NCBI GenBank assembly: GCA_964016885.1
Contig: OZ024741.1
Coordinates: forward strand, 13,702,001 to 13,766,000
DNA length: 64,000 bases
Source of the DNA: Eledone cirrhosa
Lineage: Eukaryota
Reading direction: 5' to 3'
The notes below the pieces were generated by a model. That model searched no databases. It worked only from the letters and a program-made list of their open reading frames with translations, and was not told the origin of the DNA. Both the position numbers and the translations under genes were made by a program. This document shows, piece by piece, positions 1-13,869 of this stretch (position 1 is its first letter; each line of letters opens with the position of its first letter).

Positions 1-3000
1 TACCACTAGGTCGTGTACCTCCATAACCCATACCACTAGGTCATGTACCTCCATCACCCATACCACTAGGCTACGTACCTCCATCACCCATACCACTAGG
101 CTACGTACCTCCATCACCCATAAAACTAGGCTACGTACCTCCATCACCCATACCACTAGGCCACGTACCTCCATCACCCATACCACTAGGCTACGTACCT
201 CCATCACCCATACCACTACGCCACGTACCTCCATCACCCATACCACTAGGCCACGTACCTCCATCACCCATACCACTAGGCCACATACCTCCATCACCCA
301 TACCACTAGGCCACGTACCTCCATCACCCAAACCACTAGGCCACGTACCTCCACCCAAACCACTAGGCCACGTACCTCCATCACCCATACCATTAGGCCA
401 CCTACCTCCATCACCCATACCACTACGCCACATACCTCCATCACCCAAACCACTACGCCACCTACCTCCACCCATACCACTACGCCACCTACCTCCATCA
501 CCCATACCACTAGGTCTGTACCTCCATCACCCAAACAACTACGCCACGTACCTCCATCACCCAAACCACTACGCCACATACCTCCATCACCCATACCACT
601 AGGCCACATACCTCCATCACCCATACCACTAGGTCGTGTACCTCCATCACCCAAACCACTACGCCACGTACCTCCATCTCCCAAACCACTAGGCCACCTA
701 CCTCCATCACCCAAAACACTACGCCACCTACCTCCATCACCCATACCACTAGGCCACGTACCTCCATCACCCATACCACTACGCCACATACCTCCATCAC
801 CCAAACCACTTCGCCACCTACCTCCATCACCCATACCACTAGGCCACCTACCTCCATCACACATACCACTAGGCCACGTACCTCCATCACCCATACCACT
901 ACGCCACATACCTCCATCACCCATACCACTAGCCCACGTACCTCCATCACCCATACCACTACGTCACATACCTCCATCACCCATACCACTAGGCCACGTA
1001 CCTCCATCACCCAAACCACTAGGTCACGTATCTCCATCACCCATACCACTAGGCCACCTACCTCCATCACCCATACCACTAGGCCACGTACCTCCATCAC
1101 CCAAACCACTAGGCCAAGTACCTCCATCACCCAAACCACTAGGCCACGTACCTCCATCACCCATACCACTAGGCCACGTACCTCCATCACCCATACCACT
1201 AGGCCACGTACCTCCATCACTCAAACCACTAGGTCACGTATCTCCATCACCCATACCACTAGGCCACCTACCTCCATCACCCATACCACTACGCCACATA
1301 CCTCCATCACCCAAACCACTACGCCACCTACCTCCATCACCCATACCACTAGGCCACGTACCTCCATCACCCATACCACTAGGCCACGTACCTCCATCAC
1401 CCAAACCACTACGCCACCTACCTCCATCACCCATACCACTAGGCCACGTACCTCCATCACCCAAACCACTGGGCCACATACCTCGATCACCCAAACCACT
1501 AGGCCACGTACCTCCATCACCCATACCACTAGGCCACCTACCTCCATCACCCATACCACTACGCCACATACCTCCATCACCCAAACCACTACGCCACATA
1601 CCTCCATCACCCATACCACTAGGTCGTGTACCTCCATCACCCATACCACTAGGTCATGTACCTCCATCACCCATACCACTAGGCTACGTACCTCCATCAC
1701 CCATACCACTAGGCTACGTACCTCCATCACCCATAAAACTAGGCTACGTACCTCCATCACCCATACCACTAGGCCACGTACCTCCGTCACCCATACCACT
1801 AGGCTACGTACCTCCATCACCCATACCACTACGCCACGTACCTCCATCACCCATACCACTAGGCCACGTACCTCCATCACCCATACCACTAGGCCACATA
1901 CCTCCATCACCCATACCACTAGGCCACGTACCTCCATCACCCAAACCACTAGTCCACGTACCTCCATCACCCAAACCACTAGGCCACGTACCTCCATCAC
2001 CCATACCATTAGGCCACCTACCTCCATCACCCATACCACTACGCCACATACCTCCATCACCCAAACCACTACGCCACCTACCTCCACCCATACCACTACG
2101 CCACCTACCTCCATCACCCATACCACTAGGTCTGTACCTCCATCACCCAAACAACTACGCCACGTACCTCCATCACCCAAACCACTACGCCACATACCTC
2201 CATCACCCATACCACTAGGCCACATACCTCCATCACCCATACCACTAGGTCGTGTACCTCCATCACCCAAACCACTACGCCACGTACCTCCATCACCCAT
2301 ACCACTAGGCCACGTACCTCCATCACCCAAACCACTAGGTCACGTATCTCCATCACCCAAACCACTTCGCCACCTACCTCCATCACCCATACCACTAGGC
2401 CACCTACCTCCATCACCCATACCACTAGGCCACGTACCTCCATCACCCATACCACTACGCCACATACCTCCATCACCCATACCACTAGCCCACGTACCTC
2501 CATCACCCATACCACTACGCCACATACCTCCATCACCCATACCACTAGGCCACGTACCTCCATCACCCAAACCACTAGGTCACGTATCTCCATCACCCAT
2601 ACCACTAGGCCACCTACCTCCATCACCCATACCACTAGGCCACGTACCTCCATCACCCAAACCACTAGGCCACGTACCTCCATCACCCATACCACTAGGC
2701 CACGTACCTCCATCACCCATACCACTAGGCCACGTACCTCCATCACTCAAACCACTAGGTCACGTATCTCCATCACCCATACCACTAGGCCACCTACCTC
2801 CATCACCCATACCACTACGCCACATACCTCCATCACCCAAACCACTACGCCACCTACCTCCATCACCCATACCACTAGGCCACGTACCTCCATCACCCAT
2901 ACCACTAGGCCACGTACCTCCATCACCCAAACCACTACGCCACCTACCTCCATCACCCAAACCACTAGGCCACGTACCTCCATCACCCATACCACTAGGC

Positions 3001-4205
3001 CACGTACCTCCATTACCCATACCACTAGGCCACGTACCTCCATCACCCATACCACTAGGCCACCTACCTCCATCACCCATACCACTAGGCCACGTACCTC
3101 CATCACCCATACCACTAGGCCACGTACCTCCATCACCCAAACCACTAGGCCACCTACCTCCATCACCCATACCACTACGCCACATACCTCCATCACCCAA
3201 ACCACTATGCCACCTACCTCCATCACCCATACCACTAGGCCACGTACCTCCATCACTCAAACCACTAGGTCACGTATCTCCATCACCCATACCACTAGGT
3301 CGTGTACCTCCATCACCCATACCACTAGGTCGTGTACCGCCATCACCCATACTACTAGGCCACGTACCTCCATCACCCATACCACTAGGCCACGTACCTC
3401 CATCACTCAAACCACTAGGTCACGTATCTCCACCCATACCACTATGCCACCTACCTCCATCACCCATACCACTAGGCCACGTACCTCCATCACCCAAACC
3501 ACTAGGCCACGTACCTCCATAACCCAAACCACTATGCCACGTACCTCCATCACCCAAAGCACTAGGCCACGTACCTCCATCACCCATACCACTAGCCCAC
3601 ATACCTCCATAACCCAAACCACTATGCCACGTACCTCCATCACCCATCCTACTAGGCCACGTACCTCCATCACCCATACCACTAGGCCACCTACCTCCAT
3701 CACCCAAACCACTAGGCCACGTACCTCCATCACCCATACCACTAGGCCACGTACCTCCATCACTCAAACCACTATGCCACGTACCTCCATCACCCAAACC
3801 ACTAGGCCATGTACCTCCATCACCCATACCACTAGGCCACGTACCTCCATCACCCAAACCACTAGGCCACATACCTCCATCACCCATACCACTAGGCCAC
3901 GTACCTCCATCACCCATACCACTACGCCACATACCTCCATCACCCAAACCACTAGGCCACTACCTCCATCACCCATACCACTACGCCACATACCTCTATC
4001 ACCCAAACCACTAGGCCACGTACCTCCATCACCCATACCACTAGGTCACGTACCTCCATCACCCATACCACTACGCCACATACCTCCATCACCCAAACCA
4101 CTAGACCACGTACCTCCATCACCCAAACCACTAGCCCACATACCTCCATCACCCAAACCACTACGTCACATACCTCCATCACCCAAACCACTAGCCCACA
4201 TACCC
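1..4205. repeat. 30-bp minisatellite, consensus CATACCACTAGGCCACGTACCTCCATCACC, about 140 units, truncated by the window start
   Basis: Directly visible 30-nt periodicity. The ORFs here (GDGGTWPSGM / VMEVRGLVVW / TSITHTTRPR) are translations of the unit. Confidence 0.97.
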
Positions 4206-4676
4206 CCCTTTCCTCTTTTCAGGGTTGATAACTAAAGTATATGTCCAGGGCAGTAGATTGGCAACATAGGGGCAGATTCAAATAAAATGCCTCTATTAAT
4301 TCACAGACTTTCATGTTCTGAGTTCATATCCTGCTGCTGTCAGCTTTGCTTGTCATTCCTCTCAGGCCAACAAACTATTGTTCACATGCTGGTGTTCATT
4401 TTATCAACTATAACGAAAGCTTTCTGAACTTTTCACATCCCGGTGACAGATTTTTATAAAAATAACATTTTTGTGACTGATTAAGTCTTGTTTGTGATAT
4501 GACAGTAACAAAATACTCAATTAAATATGTCATATGCCACCAATTGCACACAGAGATGTGACATGTGATGTTTCACAGCCACAGTCAAATATCTGTTAAT
4601 ATTGATCACATTTGACTGAATTTAGTGACTTGTAGAGAATTTAGTGACACTTGTAGAGAATATCAGTAACACACTA

Positions 4677-4878
4677 TATGAGGGTTAGCTGTAAAGTTCA
4701 TAGGCTGACCAAGATACTCTCATGGAATGACCCAATACGGTTTATTTTTTAACATAGTTCCTGGAAAAAAACAATGTAGTTATTAATAAGGAAAGTTGAA
4801 ATTAATGCAAATACGATTTCACAGCCCTAGTATCACTCCTTCATAATCAGTCCATTAACTTTTCAGTTGACCCTTGCA
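4677..4878. mobile_element. Tc1/mariner-type MITE remnant (about 200 bp)
   Basis: Imperfect terminal inverted repeats TA-TGAGGGTTAGCTGTAAAGTTCATAGGCTGA ... TCAGTCCATTAACTTTTCAGTTGACCCTTG-CA with a non-coding interior. Confidence 0.6.
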
Positions 4879-5091
4879 TTATATGTATATATATATATAC
4901 ATATATATATATATAAGAAAATGAGATTTTTTTAATAAAAGAAGCTGTCCCATATAAGTACAAGGAAAATGAATTGAAAATCCAACTGGAGTCTTTTAAG
5001 AATAGTTATTTATTTACTTTACTGGTTTCAACAGTTCTTATGATTTTCAAAATTGAGATGGAGGGTTTGTGTTTCTGTTGTGGTTTGTCTC

Positions 5092-5137
<46 letters not shown>

Positions 5138-5141
<4 letters not shown>

Positions 5142-5437
5142 TCATTTTACGTCTGCTTTTCCCTGCTTGGGACGGGAACTGATTCTGGCTTGGTTTCTAC
5201 AGCTGGATGCCCTTCCTAGCACCAACCTCATTTACAGTGAGTGCTGGGTGCTTTTTTGCCGTGGCACCTCCACAACCACTTTGCAGTGGAATGATAGGGA
5301 CCCCAGTCCCATCATCTCATTTCTACAGCTGAGTAAACTGGAGCAATGTGAAATAAAGTGTCTTGCTCAAGGAAACAACACATCACAACCTTTCGATTGC
5401 AAGGCCAATGCTCTAACTACTAAGTCATGTGCCTCCA
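5138..5437 (-). mobile_element. tRNA-headed SINE with RTE-like 3' tail (internally deleted copy)
   Basis: Closely matches the copies at 15945-16283 and 29862-30200 (GTTTCTACAGCTGGATGCCCTTCCTA; GGAGCAATGTGAAATAAAGTGTCTTGCTCAAGG); flanked by (TA)n. Confidence 0.85.
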
Positions 5438-5574
5438 TAGATATATATATGTGTGTGTGTGTGATATGAGAGAGAGAGATGTAAAATCCTAACTGTAGCC
5501 ACCAAGTGGTTTTGGCTTGTGATGGTGGTGGGGGTTATGGAGGAGGTTGAGGCTTTTGAAACTTTTTTTAAGTT

Positions 5575-5685
5575 TAATAGTAGTAATGGTAGTAATAGTA
5601 GTAATAGTAGTAGTAGTAGTATTAGTGATGCTTGCTGTAGTGGTAGTGACTAGATGTAGTAGTAGTGGTAGTAGCAATGCTATCT

Positions 5686-5723
<38 letters not shown>

Positions 5724-6054
5724 GATGCTAGCTGTAGTGACTAGCTGTAGTAGTAGTGGTAGTAGCAATGCTATCTGTAGTAGTAGTAGTAGTAGTAGTA
5801 GTGATGCTAGCTGTAGTAGTAGTAGTAGTAGTAGTATTAGTGATGCTTGCTGTAGTGGTAGTGACTAGATGTAGTAGTAGTGGTAGTAGCAATGCTATCT
5901 GTAGTAGTAGTGGTAGTGACTAGCTGTAGTGGTAGTGACTAGATGTAGTAGTAGTGGTAGTAGCAATGCTATCTGTAGTAGTAGTAGTAGTGGTAGTGAC
6001 TAGCTGAAGTGGTAGTGACTAGATGTAGTAGTAGTGGTAGTAGCAATGCTATCT

Positions 6055-6087
<33 letters not shown>

Positions 6088-6096
6088 ATGCTATCT

Positions 6097-6129
<33 letters not shown>

Positions 6130-6470
6130 ACTAGCTGTAGTGGTAGTGACTAGATGTAGTAGTAGTGGTAGTAGCAATGCTATCTGTAGTAGTAGTAGTA
6201 GTGATGCTATCTGTAGTAGTAGTAGTAGTAGTAGTGACTAGCTGTAGTGGTAGTGACTAGATGTAGTAGTAGTGGTAGTAGTAGTAGTAGTAGTGATGCT
6301 ATCTGTAGTAGTAGTAGTAGTAGTAGTAGTAGTGATGCTATCTGTAGTAGTAGTAGTAGTAGTAGTGACTAGCTGTAGTGGTAGTGACTAGATGTAGTAG
6401 TAGTGGTAGTAGCAATGCTATCTGTAGTAGTAGTAGTAGTGGTAGTGACTAGCTGTATTAGTAGTAGTAT
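5575..6470. repeat. (AGT)n-derived compound satellite with recurring GTGACTAGATGT / GCAATGCTATCTGT modules
   Basis: Direct inspection. Confidence 0.9.
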
Positions 6471-6663
6471 TGTTTATTAACTCTATTTCAATAGTTCTGT
6501 TCTTTCCTCCCATATATCTCTTCTTCCTTTCATCTCTCTACTTCCCCACCAACTCCCTCTCTTCATCACTTACTGCTGCTGCTGTACTACATTGACTGGG
6601 GATGGGGGGGGATCCAAATATTTCACAGAAGGAATTTAACTTGCAGCTTTTTGTATCTTCTAT

Positions 6664-6664
<1 letters not shown>

Positions 6665-6695
<31 letters not shown>

Positions 6696-6805
6696 CCGTT
6701 TTACATCCGTTCTTCCACGCTAACATGGGTTAGACGGGTTGTCCTATTGTGGGCAGTGTCTGGTCGGCTCACCATGACTTGCTCATACAGGAACTGATTC
6801 TGGCT
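6665..6805 (-). mobile_element. RTE/SINE 3'-tail fragment ending in (GAT)n
   Basis: (CAT)n followed by CCGTTTTACATCCG...CATGGGTTAGACGGG, the same tail as at 7421, 26512, 27017 and 30218. Confidence 0.7.
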
Positions 6806-7368
6806 ATTAATATTAATTCTTTATAATTATCTCCAAATTATTTGTCGAGCAATATTGGCCAAAACTGCTGCTATGGTAGCAGAAGGCCGCTGTCTTCTTA
6901 ACAAACCACTTTCCACTGATTGACCTCGATGTCACGTGATTGATTCTTTTTGAATTAGCCACCGACGCAGTAGGCAGTGATTTTCTCAATGGCTAGGAAT
7001 TCAGTCCACGCTTTGCTATTTTCTATCCACTGAATTATTTTTGTATAAGTTTCCAGAGTCCACGCTTTGCCTGGATACTTAGCTGAGAATAAATTTCCCT
7101 GACGACGAAATGCTTCTCTATATTTTCTTCGGAAAGTATATTTATTCCATTTCAGAAACTAATTAGTTGGGAGTGAAATTTTAGTAAGTAAGTTAATTTT
7201 ATAATTTTCTTATTTTACGTCTCTCATATTATTGTTCTGCAACCCCATGCATTGAACCACAAAGTTACTAAGACAACACCTATATATTTGTTAGCATTGA
7301 GATGCATCCGTATGTATATATATGTTACTAGATATTAATTCTTTATATATATATATATATATATACAT

Positions 7369-7401
<33 letters not shown>

Positions 7402-7420
7402 CATACACACACATATATAT

Positions 7421-9390
7421 CATCATCATCATCATCATCATCGTTTAACGTCCATATTCCACGCTTGCATGGGTTTGGACGGGAGTTTTCCCACTTGAGG
7501 CAAGATTGGTTGTCTTGCTCGCATAGGACTGTCTGGCGGGTTTTCTACAGCTGGATGCCCTTCCTAACACCAACCACATTTACAGTGTGGGACTGGGAGG
7601 TTTTTACTGTGTTACCTACACGGCCACATTACAGCGTGGACTGTGTGTTTTTTTGTCGTGACACCTACGCGACCTCATTTGTTTCGGGCTGGATGTTGTG
7701 GTACCAACATAACTTTACATTGAAAGGGGTGGTGTGGATGGGGTGGGGGTAGTGGGACGGGGATGTATTTTGTTAGAGGTGCCTACTGACTGTAGTAGGT
7801 TTCACTTTGTACTTAGGTAAGGCGGGTCTTCTCTATTACTTTGTAGCGCCAAAGATCTCGGTCCAGTGACATTGTCTTGGAGAGGTGTAAGTGTGTGAGG
7901 TCGGAATTTATCAAGTCGTCTCAGGTTTTTCTGAGTCTGCCTACTCCGTGGCTACCGTCTATTTTTATTGCCCTGAACTTTTTTATACAGCTGTCGTCTT
8001 TCATGCGCATCACGTGACCATACCAACGTAGTCTTCTCTCGAGTAAACAACATCTGATCCCTCTTATTTCTAATTTTTCCCTTAGTTCGTTTATGCTTTG
8101 CCGTTCACGTATATATACTATTACACATCCAGTGGAGCATGCAAGCTTCGTTCCTCTCCAGTCTGCGTATATCCTCTGCACACAATGCCCAGGTCTCACT
8201 GCCATGTAACATTGCTGTTTGTATGCAGGCATCATACAGCCTGCCTTTCATTTTTAGGGAGAACCCTTTAGCGGCTAATAGTGGTATAAGCTCTCTGAAC
8301 TTTTTCCATCCAGTTCTGACTCTAGCTACTGTACTTTCAGAGCACCCTCCCCCACTGCTGATTTTATCACCCAGGTAACGGAAGCTGTCCACTATTTCTA
8401 TAGAACCATCTGTGCAATGGAATGAGCTAGTATTCTGTGGGCACTTGCTGCTACTTATTGCACCTGAGCACCGTCCACATATAAAATCTATATTCTTAGT
8501 TAGCTTACCTGTGATCCCACTACATCTTTTATGCACCCATACTTTGCATTTGGGACATAAAATGGAGTTTCTGCCTACTCCTTTCCTACACACTGAGCAT
8601 GGCCATTTCCCAGATGGGACCGGTGCCCTATTTTCCTTCCTACAAACTAGAACTTAGACAGATTAATTTTAAGGCCTTTAGATTCTAGGCCATGCTTCCA
8701 TGTTTGGAATTTATTCTCTAGTTCAGCCATTGATTCAGCTATGTGCGTTAGATCATCTGCATATAGGAGTTCCCATGCGCAGCCGGTCTTGAACTCCTCT
8801 GTTATAGCCTGAAGGGCAATAATAAATAGTAGGGGGCTAAGAACGGAGCCCTGATGGACACCAACTTTTATGTTAAACTCTTCCCTATATTCATTGTTAA
8901 TTCTAACCTTGCTGACTGTTTCTTTATATATGGCTTGTATAGCTCTCACAAGCCATTCATCAACACCTAGTTTTCTAAGAGCCCATCAGATAATGTAACG
9001 GGGGACTCTGTCAAAGGCTTTCTCCAAGTCAACAAAAGCTAAGTATAGGGGTTTACTTTTAGCTAGGTACTTCTGTAGTTGTCGTCCAATGAAAAGAGCG
9101 TCTGTGGTACTTTTACTTGACACAAACGCGAACTGCATTTCATCTAGATCAATTCGCTCTCTGATTAGTTGCGCTATTACTTTTTCCGTGACCTTCATGA
9201 CCTGATCGATTAATTTAATGCCTCTATAGTTACCCCTATCTAGGGCATCTCCTTTACCCTTGTAGCAGTTAATGATGCTGTTGCTACGCCAGTCCTTTGG
9301 AACGACCCCATTCTGTATGACTTGGTTTACTATCCGGGTGACCATAGTGTGTCCCACCGTTCCAGATGCTTTCAGCATTTCAGCAACTAT
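7421..9390 (-). mobile_element. 5'-truncated, frameshifted RTE-clade LINE (RT, Cys-rich segment, 3' UTR, (GAT)n tail)
   Basis: Successive ORF pieces 8986-9441 (KGKGDALDRGNYRGIKL...FVDLEKAFDRVP), 8647-8949 (GVHQGSVLSPLLF...LLYADD), 8105-8593 (CRKGVGRNSILCPKCKVWVHKRCSG...LHGSETW) and 7921-8235 (RRLRWYGHVMRM). The tail reads (CAT)n on the + strand. Confidence 0.92.
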
Positions 9391-9982
9391 TTCGAAGGCC
9401 CTATATATATACCTACACATATATATATGATGTATACACACATATATACCCCCCCCCCCCCAGCAGTCAAGTTCCCGGTTATTTGCAGGATTTTCCTTAG
9501 AATCTAACTAATAGTTGTTCATGGAAACCATCTCATATTCTCGGAATCGTAAATATCTTCTGCCATTTTTTAATTACTTTTTTCATTGTAATTTATATAT
9601 TTCATGCTTTTTAACACTAAATTATTAATAATACTATACCGTATTTGCTGGCCTAGATTTTACATTATGTTTCAACAGTTATAGGCATTTTTATGGACCA
9701 TGTTTAATACTTGCGGTTTTTCACCCCTCGCGGGTGCTCTAGGAACGTAAGCCTAAACATTTTTAATTAAACATACGTTCATGTACTATACATACATTCA
9801 TGTATACATCGCTATTTCAGAACACCAATCTTAATACCTAATTTCTGCCGGACCGGCAATCTCTCTGTATAATCAGTTCCTGTATAATCAGTCTCTGTAT
9901 AACCTCTCTGTATAATCAGTTCCTGATTATTATTATAAGAATTCAGCTTCTATAATTTTCCGCAGAAGCAGGGTAGTGCATA

Positions 9983-10022
9983 GCTCTGACGAATGCCAAC
10001 CAGCGTGAAACAGACTGTCAGC
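9983..10022 (+). ncRNA. Minimal type I hammerhead ribozyme motif
   Basis: gct-CTGACGA-atgc[caacca]gcgt-GAAA-cag[a]ctg-TC-agc: full core, 4-bp stem II, short stem III, GUC site. Stem I is only 3 bp. Confidence 0.65.
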
Positions 10023-10454
10023 CTCTCTCCCTTCTTTCGCCGAAAAGAAGTAAGTGACATAGTCACTACTTTAAAACTGATAGCGTAAGGTCTTCTAAAT
10101 GTTTTTAATTAAACATACGGTATATTGCCAAATATACTATATACACATTCATGTATATATATATATATATATATATGAGAAGGGAAGTAAGGTTTTATAC
10201 AAAACAGTGGTAATAGAGAGAAGGTGAAATTGGAAATAGCACGGAAAATATATTTTGGGGTGTGTTTTTCTTTTTTTCCCGTTCTTTGATTTGTCAAAGT
10301 GGCATTATTGGAAAAATGAGAGCGACAATTCTTTTAAAATAAGAGTTTTATAAAGTATATAAAGTATTACCAGTTTCGATGTATTAGTAAAATTCATCTT
10401 ATCAAATGTTGAGTATTGCAATTAAAAAAATTTAATAGGAATTAAAAACTAAAC

Positions 10455-10589
10455 ATTAAAGATTTAAAATTAAGTGTTGAGGTAAGTTTTTTTCATCTTG
10501 TTGAGAACAAGAGTTCATTTTTCCAGTCTCCTCAACAAGGAAGATGAAAAAAAAAACTTACCTCAACACTTGAGTTTAAATCTTTAATT
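10455..10589. repeat. About 135-bp imperfect fold-back (inverted repeat)
   Basis: ATTAAAGATTTAAAATTAAGTGTTGAGGTAAGTTTTTTTCATCTT...AAGATGAAAAAAAAAACTTACCTCAACACTTGAGTTTAAATCTTTAAT. Confidence 0.8.
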
Positions 10590-10590
10590 T

Positions 10591-10840
10591 GAACATGTGG
10601 TTAGAATGTCTCAGGAAAGAATCGCTGGAGAGATTTTACAGGCAAAACCAACTGGCAGGAGACCCAGAGGTAGACCCCAAGTAAGATGGTTGGATAACAT
10701 CCATGAGCTTGGCTGGTCTCGCTTGGGAATCCAGCTGGATCAGTTAGCAATGGTTGCTTCTGACAGGACCCTCTGGAAGGAGGGTTTGAGGACTCTGCTC
10801 CCACAACCCTCTCAGGAATAAGTGGATGAAGAAGAAAAAA
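10591..10840 (+). mobile_element. 3'-terminal fragment of a second RTE-type LINE family
   Basis: HVVRMSQERIAGEILQAKPTGRRPRGRPQVRWLDNI...DRTLW is the typical RTE C-terminal GxRxRGRP-W motif, followed by a stop and a GAA-rich tail. Confidence 0.75.
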
Positions 10841-11762
10841 GACAAAATATCTCGTGTTATTTGATTCAGCTCTTTAACCTCTTGTAGTGATTTAGAAAAC
10901 ATTTAGAAAATCTGTTTGTTTATCCATGTTTATAGTATCTTGGTAATATGTAGTTTAATGTAGTACAGGACGTTAAGTGTTAAATTCCAAGTTCAAACGC
11001 TGTCGAGGACAACTTTTACTTTCATTCGTCTGGGGTCGATAAAATAAATGAGCAGTTTAAATGGTGGATAAATGAGCAGTTAAAATGGTGGATAAATGAG
11101 CAGTTAAAATGGTGGTTTAGAAGAATTGATAGAAAGTTGGATAAGATACCTTGTGGTATTTGTTCCAGCTGATTATGTTTGACTAACGACACTGGTACCA
11201 TGTGGTATGGTACCTTGTCTTCACCTTAGACAACATCAGGAGTGTGAAGAACTACACTTCAGGTTTAGACAACTGCTGGTCTTCCATAAAACAACAATAT
11301 TATCTAGTCCTGCACTTAGGAGAGGAATATTCCATATACTGGTAGTTGTTCAATCTTGACTGACAGAAGAGGCCTCAGGCTCCATAATGTTTATGGTTCA
11401 GAAACTTATACTTTAGTCTACGTACTGTGTTTTCTGACATGTATGTCTCCAGTATATAAAAATATTTCTAAGGTGTTACATGACCTGCAGGAAATAATAC
11501 CCACCCTAATCTACAAGATTGTATTTCTATACAATCACTTCATTTGTTGTCTATCTACATTTTCTCCATTTGCACATTTGTTGATATTTATTATTGGGTA
11601 ATTGATATGTTCCAGCTTTTGATTGGATTTAACTATTGTTCATTCATGCAACAACTCATTTTTTTCCCCCACTCTCTCCCTATATATATATATATATATG
11701 TCCCAAGGCTCTGATACCATCAACACTATAAACACAGAGCTGGCATATCTAAGAACTGACTA

Positions 11763-11818
11763 ACTGCCTGATGAGGTCATGGCCATTCAATGGCTATCAT
11801 CGAAATATATATAGCAGT
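11763..11818 (+). ncRNA. Type I hammerhead ribozyme motif
   Basis: actgc-CTGATGA-ggtcatggcca[ttcaa]tggctatcatc-GAAA-tatata-TA-gcagt, then AATAAA. It has a 5-bp stem I and palindromic stem III, and lies in a ~170-bp island between (TA)n tracts. Confidence 0.85.
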
Positions 11819-11897
11819 AAATAAAGGATTATGAGTTCATGCAATTGACTTATGTTTCATCACTATATATATATATATATATATGCCCCACACCCTC

Positions 11898-12117
11898 CCA
11901 CTGCAAAGTGGTCGTGGAGGTGCCACGGCAAAAAAGCACCCAGCACTCACTGTAAATGAGGTTGGTGTTAGGAAGGGCATCCAGCTGTAGAAATCAAGCC
12001 AGAATCAGTTCCCGTATGAGCAAGACAAGGTCAGCCAACCGGACACTGCCCACAACAGGACAACCCGTCTAACCCATGCTAGAGTGGAAGAACGGACGTA
12101 AAACGGTAATGATGATG

Positions 12118-12121
<4 letters not shown>
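11898..12121 (+). mobile_element. SINE/RTE 3' half
   Basis: CCACTGCAAAGTGG...GGAAGGGCATCCAGCTGTAGAAA...GGACGTAAAACGGTAATGATGATG. Confidence 0.75.
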
Positions 12122-12154
<33 letters not shown>

Positions 12155-13071
12155 AGGGAGTGTAACTTGGAGTTACTGTAGGTTCACCCAGGTGAGCACT
12201 CGATGTTTAGGTTCACTTCAGTGTCGAGGTGTAGATCTAGACATGTGTATTATAATGAAATAAGATAACAAGGGTGATTGGTTACTCCTTCATTACGTTT
12301 ATTGGTTGGTGACGTACGTTTCACCACTGATCAGCTCAAAGTTCGATCTATTGATTGCAGTATGTAAAGTAGGAAGATCATGTTTAGATACAGAGTTGAT
12401 ATAATGATTAGTAAAATCTCAACAGAGGGCCCACTCCACTAACCAAGTAAGTTTTGCCTGTTTATCACAAGGTCATCAGCCAAGAACTGTGATGACCTTG
12501 TAATAAATGGGTGAAACTCCAGAGTAACAGAACTCACTATTTAGCCTTAATATATATATATATATAGAAATAGGATTTCACTTCAAGCATAGTGTTATAC
12601 AATATGTATAGAAATTTTGTATTTCTAAAGAAACACGGATTTAGGAAGCCGTAGCTATGCAAATACCGGGGCTAACGCCCTCTGGTGGTGTCCAGCAGAA
12701 GCAAGGGGGACAACTGCTTGCAACTGCTGGACTTGAAATCTATATATATATATATATATATTCTGTTTCTCCTTTGTGATCCTGTCTCTATTTTGTACTC
12801 CTGAAAAGGGCTGAAGCCCAACACATCAAACTTTCTCTCCTCTTTTCAGTATAACGTAGGAAATTAATAGGACTTTTTGCACCTCAGAAACAGTCCTATA
12901 TGAACGAGACATGGTTACCCAACCCATCTTCCCCCTAATGGAACAAACCCGTCTAACCCATGGTAGCGTGGAAGATAGATGTTAAACGATGATGATGATG
13001 ATAATCTATGTACACATATACATAGTTGAAACGGGGAGGGGGGGGGGTAAAATTCCATACAAAACAAAGGT

Positions 13072-13244
13072 TATAGTTAAAAAGTGAAGGTCCAAATGCA
13101 CAGAAGTATATTTAAAGATTATTTTTTCTTTAATCCAACAGAATGAATCTTGATACAATTATAAAATATTAATTCTGTTGGATTAAAGAAAAAATAATCT
13201 TTAAATATACTTGTGTGTATTTTCACCTGCACTTCTTAACTATA
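13072..13244. repeat. About 170-bp fold-back element next to (TA)n
   Basis: AAGTATATTTAAAGATTATTTTTTCTTTAATCCAACAGAAT versus ATTCTGTTGGATTAAAGAAAAAATAATCTTTAAATATACTT, plus imperfect outer arms. Confidence 0.85.
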
Positions 13245-13274
13245 TATATATATATGTGTGTGTGTATATATATA

Positions 13275-13495
13275 TTGCTCCAGTTTACTCAGCTGTAGAA
13301 ATGAGATGATAGGGACTTGGTTCCCTATCATTCCACTGCAAAGTGGTCATGAAGGTGCCACGGGAAAAAAGCACCCAGCACTCACTGTAAATGAGGTTGG
13401 TGTTAGGAAGGGCATCCAGCTGTAGAAATCGAGCCAGAATCAGTTCCCGTCCCACCCTTGCAAGCAGGGAAAAGCGGACGTAAAATGATAATAAT

Positions 13496-13500
<5 letters not shown>
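13275..13500 (+). mobile_element. 5'-truncated copy of the tRNA-headed SINE
   Basis: Reverse complement of the 15945-16180 portion of the full copy. Confidence 0.8.
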
Positions 13501-13535
<35 letters not shown>

Positions 13536-13869
13536 ATTTGTAAAATGCCAACAGGTGGCCCTGCGTACTGGGTTAGTGGGCCTTCTGTTGAGATTTTACT
13601 AATTATTATATTAACTCTGTATCTAAACATGCAGCAGAACAATACCCTGATCTGAGGGTTTCCTAGTTTACATATTGCAAACACTTTTTATGTATATGTA
13701 CAGATATACAACATCATCACTGTTTAACATCCATTTTCCCATGCTTGCATGGGTTAGATGAGTTGTCCTCTTGGCCAGGCCAGGTGACCATATCTTGCTC
13801 ATACAGAACAAATTTTGGCCTGGTTTCTACAGATGGATGCCCTTCCAACACCGTGTGATAACTTTTTCT

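Noticed and set aside
191-4235. Gly/Trp-rich, Val-rich and Thr-rich repeat ORFs
   Set aside because: Translations of the 30-bp unit, broken by frequent frameshifting indels.
7097-7135. Hammerhead at CTGACGAC-GAAA
   Set aside because: No room for stem II and no convincing stem III or cleavage site.
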